In this document: positions 61,447 to 64,000 of the stretch, piece after piece
Layout of the letters: each line of letters starts with the position of its first letter
Position numbering within the stretch: position 1 is the first letter of the stretch
The notes under the pieces: generated by a model
Databases searched by the model: none
What the model was told of the DNA's origin: nothing
The model's input: the letters and a program-made list of their open reading frames with translations, nothing else
Program-made: the position numbers and the translations under genes
Assembly: GCF_018350175.1 (NCBI RefSeq)
Contig: NC_058368.1
Coordinates: 100,318,001-100,382,000 of the forward strand
Source: Felis catus
Lineage: Eukaryota
Length of the DNA stretch: 64,000 bases
Direction of reading: 5' to 3'

Positions 61447-64000
61447 TTTTGTGGTTCTCCAAATGAAAAACCACAGTTAGCGATCAAAGTGTCCGCTCTT
61501 TGATGGCCAAGCTGGAGTAGAGAACATGGCTAACATCGAAGGCCAAGGTGGATTTGTTTGGTCTTTTCTTTTCAGACACCTCCACCCCTGTGTGGTCTTA
61601 CCAAGCCTTCTGTAGCCACTGTGTTGAGAAGTAGCACACCTCTGATGACCATCTCCCATAGGTTGCTTTGCTCTTCTTTGTAGCCCCCTCCTCACCCTAA
61701 AGTTGTATATTTACTTTCTCCCCCGTCAAAATGTAAGGCACAGGGGAGCAGGTAAGTTGCGTTATATTCAGTACCATAAGGCCAGAGCACAGATCAATGT
61801 CTGGCACCTAATTTGCGGTCCATGAATAATTATTGGCTAAATGAGCCAATCATTTAGAGGCCCTTGCCACAATAAGGTAAAGAGTCAGGATATTAAAGAT
61901 CACAAATACAGCTGCAAATAAATTGTTGAGAGTTTTAAATGAGGAAGCGTGGCCTCAAGTATGACAATTCCACTTAATGGTTTTATAATTAATTATTCCA
62001 TAAATGAGATTGAAGTTTTTGCCTTCATTTGATGTAATTTGTTTTACTAGAGCCTATTTTTCATGTCCAGCAAACAATGGCTTTGGATGAGAGGAAGCTT
62101 TGAGCTGTCAGGGAAGGAGAGAAAGCCCCGATGATGCATGAAGTGAGAAGACAATAGGAAAATACCAACATTTCTTGTATAAACCATCACTAAAAATGCA
62201 TCAGTAAGGAAAAGGCAGTTAGGTGGCGCTTCCCTGGAAGGCAAAAAAGGACAAGAACACTTATTTTGTAGCTGCTGAACTAACCACTGAAGTTTGGACT
62301 TGAGAGCAAGTAACAATTTATCCACTAAGAGCTTAACCTTTTCACTCTGTACTTTCCAAACTTTTCTTGTTTCATACTCATCTTTTTAGTCCCCTAAATG
62401 TAACCAACTGCAACTATTTTTAAGCCCCCTTACTACACTCAGTCTTTTGAATTAAAAGAGTTGCCTTTAATAGGAAATCTGCCCTTCATCATAAAGATGG
62501 AACACAAAATCCTCCGCTTAGCTATGAGGCCCCAAAAATGAATGGGCTAAAACGCTCTAAGCTTAGCAAATGGCAAAGATACACATTCGACCAAATGTGT
62601 TTTAGTCTTGAAAATTATGGACATGTGTCCCGGCAAGGTGAACAGTGCAGCCTCTTCAGGCTGTGAGCTGAACACCGCTGAAATTTTGTGTAACAGGAAT
62701 GACCAACCTGGCCCTGGGCAGATGCTAGAATTCACTGGTATCATCCACGAAAGGGCTGTGATAATTTCTCTTTCCCGAAGTGTTGTTATCAAATTCATTG
62801 TTGTTGGCTGATTAGAGTGCGCTCAAGTGTTTCTTAATTATGACGCCTGTTTAGGTCTTTCAAAGAACCTAACGTTTCTCACTTTGAAACAAAGGATGAT
62901 ACAGTGATTAAGCGTACTAGGTTTGTTTTGTTTTTGTTCTTTCTCCATACCTGCTTCCCGAGATAGACGAGATAGAAGAGAGAGACGCAAAGTCCCGAAG
63001 AGTCCAGGGAAGCCCTAGGACTGGATTTGGCGCCTTTATTTGCCGAGACTTGGAGAAGAGTTGACCCACCCAGTGTCACACATTGTGTCCCTGACAGATC
63101 CTTGCCGATCTCTGTCCGTTGTTCTTCCCATCCTCCATTTATATTATAGTAAGACCCTATCTTACCCTCGTGGATTTTAACATTGCTCAATACCTGGAGT
63201 CAGGATTTTTGGCCTAGTTTTATAATGATAATAAGATGAGTGCAGGTGATAGGGAACACAGAGAAAAGACAGAGCTGTCATTGCCTTAAATTCTGTCTGA
63301 TAACAGGACATTTTAGGATTATGTGCAGTCCAACCGACGTGCTAAGTTTCTCTTGGTTACAAAATATCCTAATAGGTGATATGGGAGACACAGAGATGAA
63401 TATGATCTGGCTCTGCCCTCCAGGAAAGCTTGCCTCCTAATGATTTTCTTCCTGGAATCTATCCAGACCTTTCTGGAAGTGCTAGAGATTCAAGAAAATC
63501 CTGCTCCCGCGACTTTTGGATACCCAACAAAATTACGATGTATGGTTTGGCCAGTAGCATTTTTTGTAGTTCTTTAGCATTCATTCTCCCAGAGACATTT
63601 TTTTTTAACTCAAAAATACATTTCATTTATCCCATGATTAGGTCTGTATGGCTTTATATTTTCTAAGTACATTAACATCACTAAGTGAGGTTAAAAGTAG
63701 GATTCCAGCTTTAGAGAGGAGGGAATAGAACTTGTCTCAAATAGCTGATGATTTTTCCAAAACTGAAACGAAACTTCCTCTTTTCTCTCCACTAAAGTAG
63801 AAGGCGGTTTGACGAATAAGTTCAACTATATCCTGTCTTCTGTAAAGCACGGATTTATAGACTAATTCATTGTAGAACTGTACAATTATTAGAGATGATC
63901 TAGATAGCTAAATCAGTAGCCACTTAAATACACATCTTCTTCCTTGTCATTTAATAATAGGACTTTCACATTCCTTCCTAATAACTTACTCGAATTTAGG

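Overview
Mammalian genomic DNA, almost certainly from a felid: about 30 tRNA-derived carnivore SINEs, including Felidae-type SINEC_Fc copies, and carnivore L1 3' ends. I recognise no protein-coding exon of a host gene. The window is centred on a CpG-island promoter (~26.3-27.8 kb) with a CRE/ATF site and a probable non-coding first exon (+ strand, donor CCG|GTGAGT at 27184), plus two further candidate donors (26576, 27840). The downstream ~36 kb looks like a long first intron and the upstream ~26 kb looks intergenic. I could not identify the gene. The rest is interspersed repeats (L1, L2, MIR, MaLR/ERVL/ERV1 solo LTRs, Tigger and hAT MITEs, microsatellites); family names are by-eye recognition, not RepeatMasker output. 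The most unusual structure is at 60082-61158, where one ~15-bp target site (CTGTGTGGATATTCT) recurs six times (one copy only 6 bp), separated by five same-orientation retroelements, giving a repeat-spacer-like stack of serial insertions. A second notable item is a probable ancient RTE-clade LINE endonuclease remnant at ~7.0-7.7 kb (- strand). I see no convincing evidence of a wholly novel protein-coding system.
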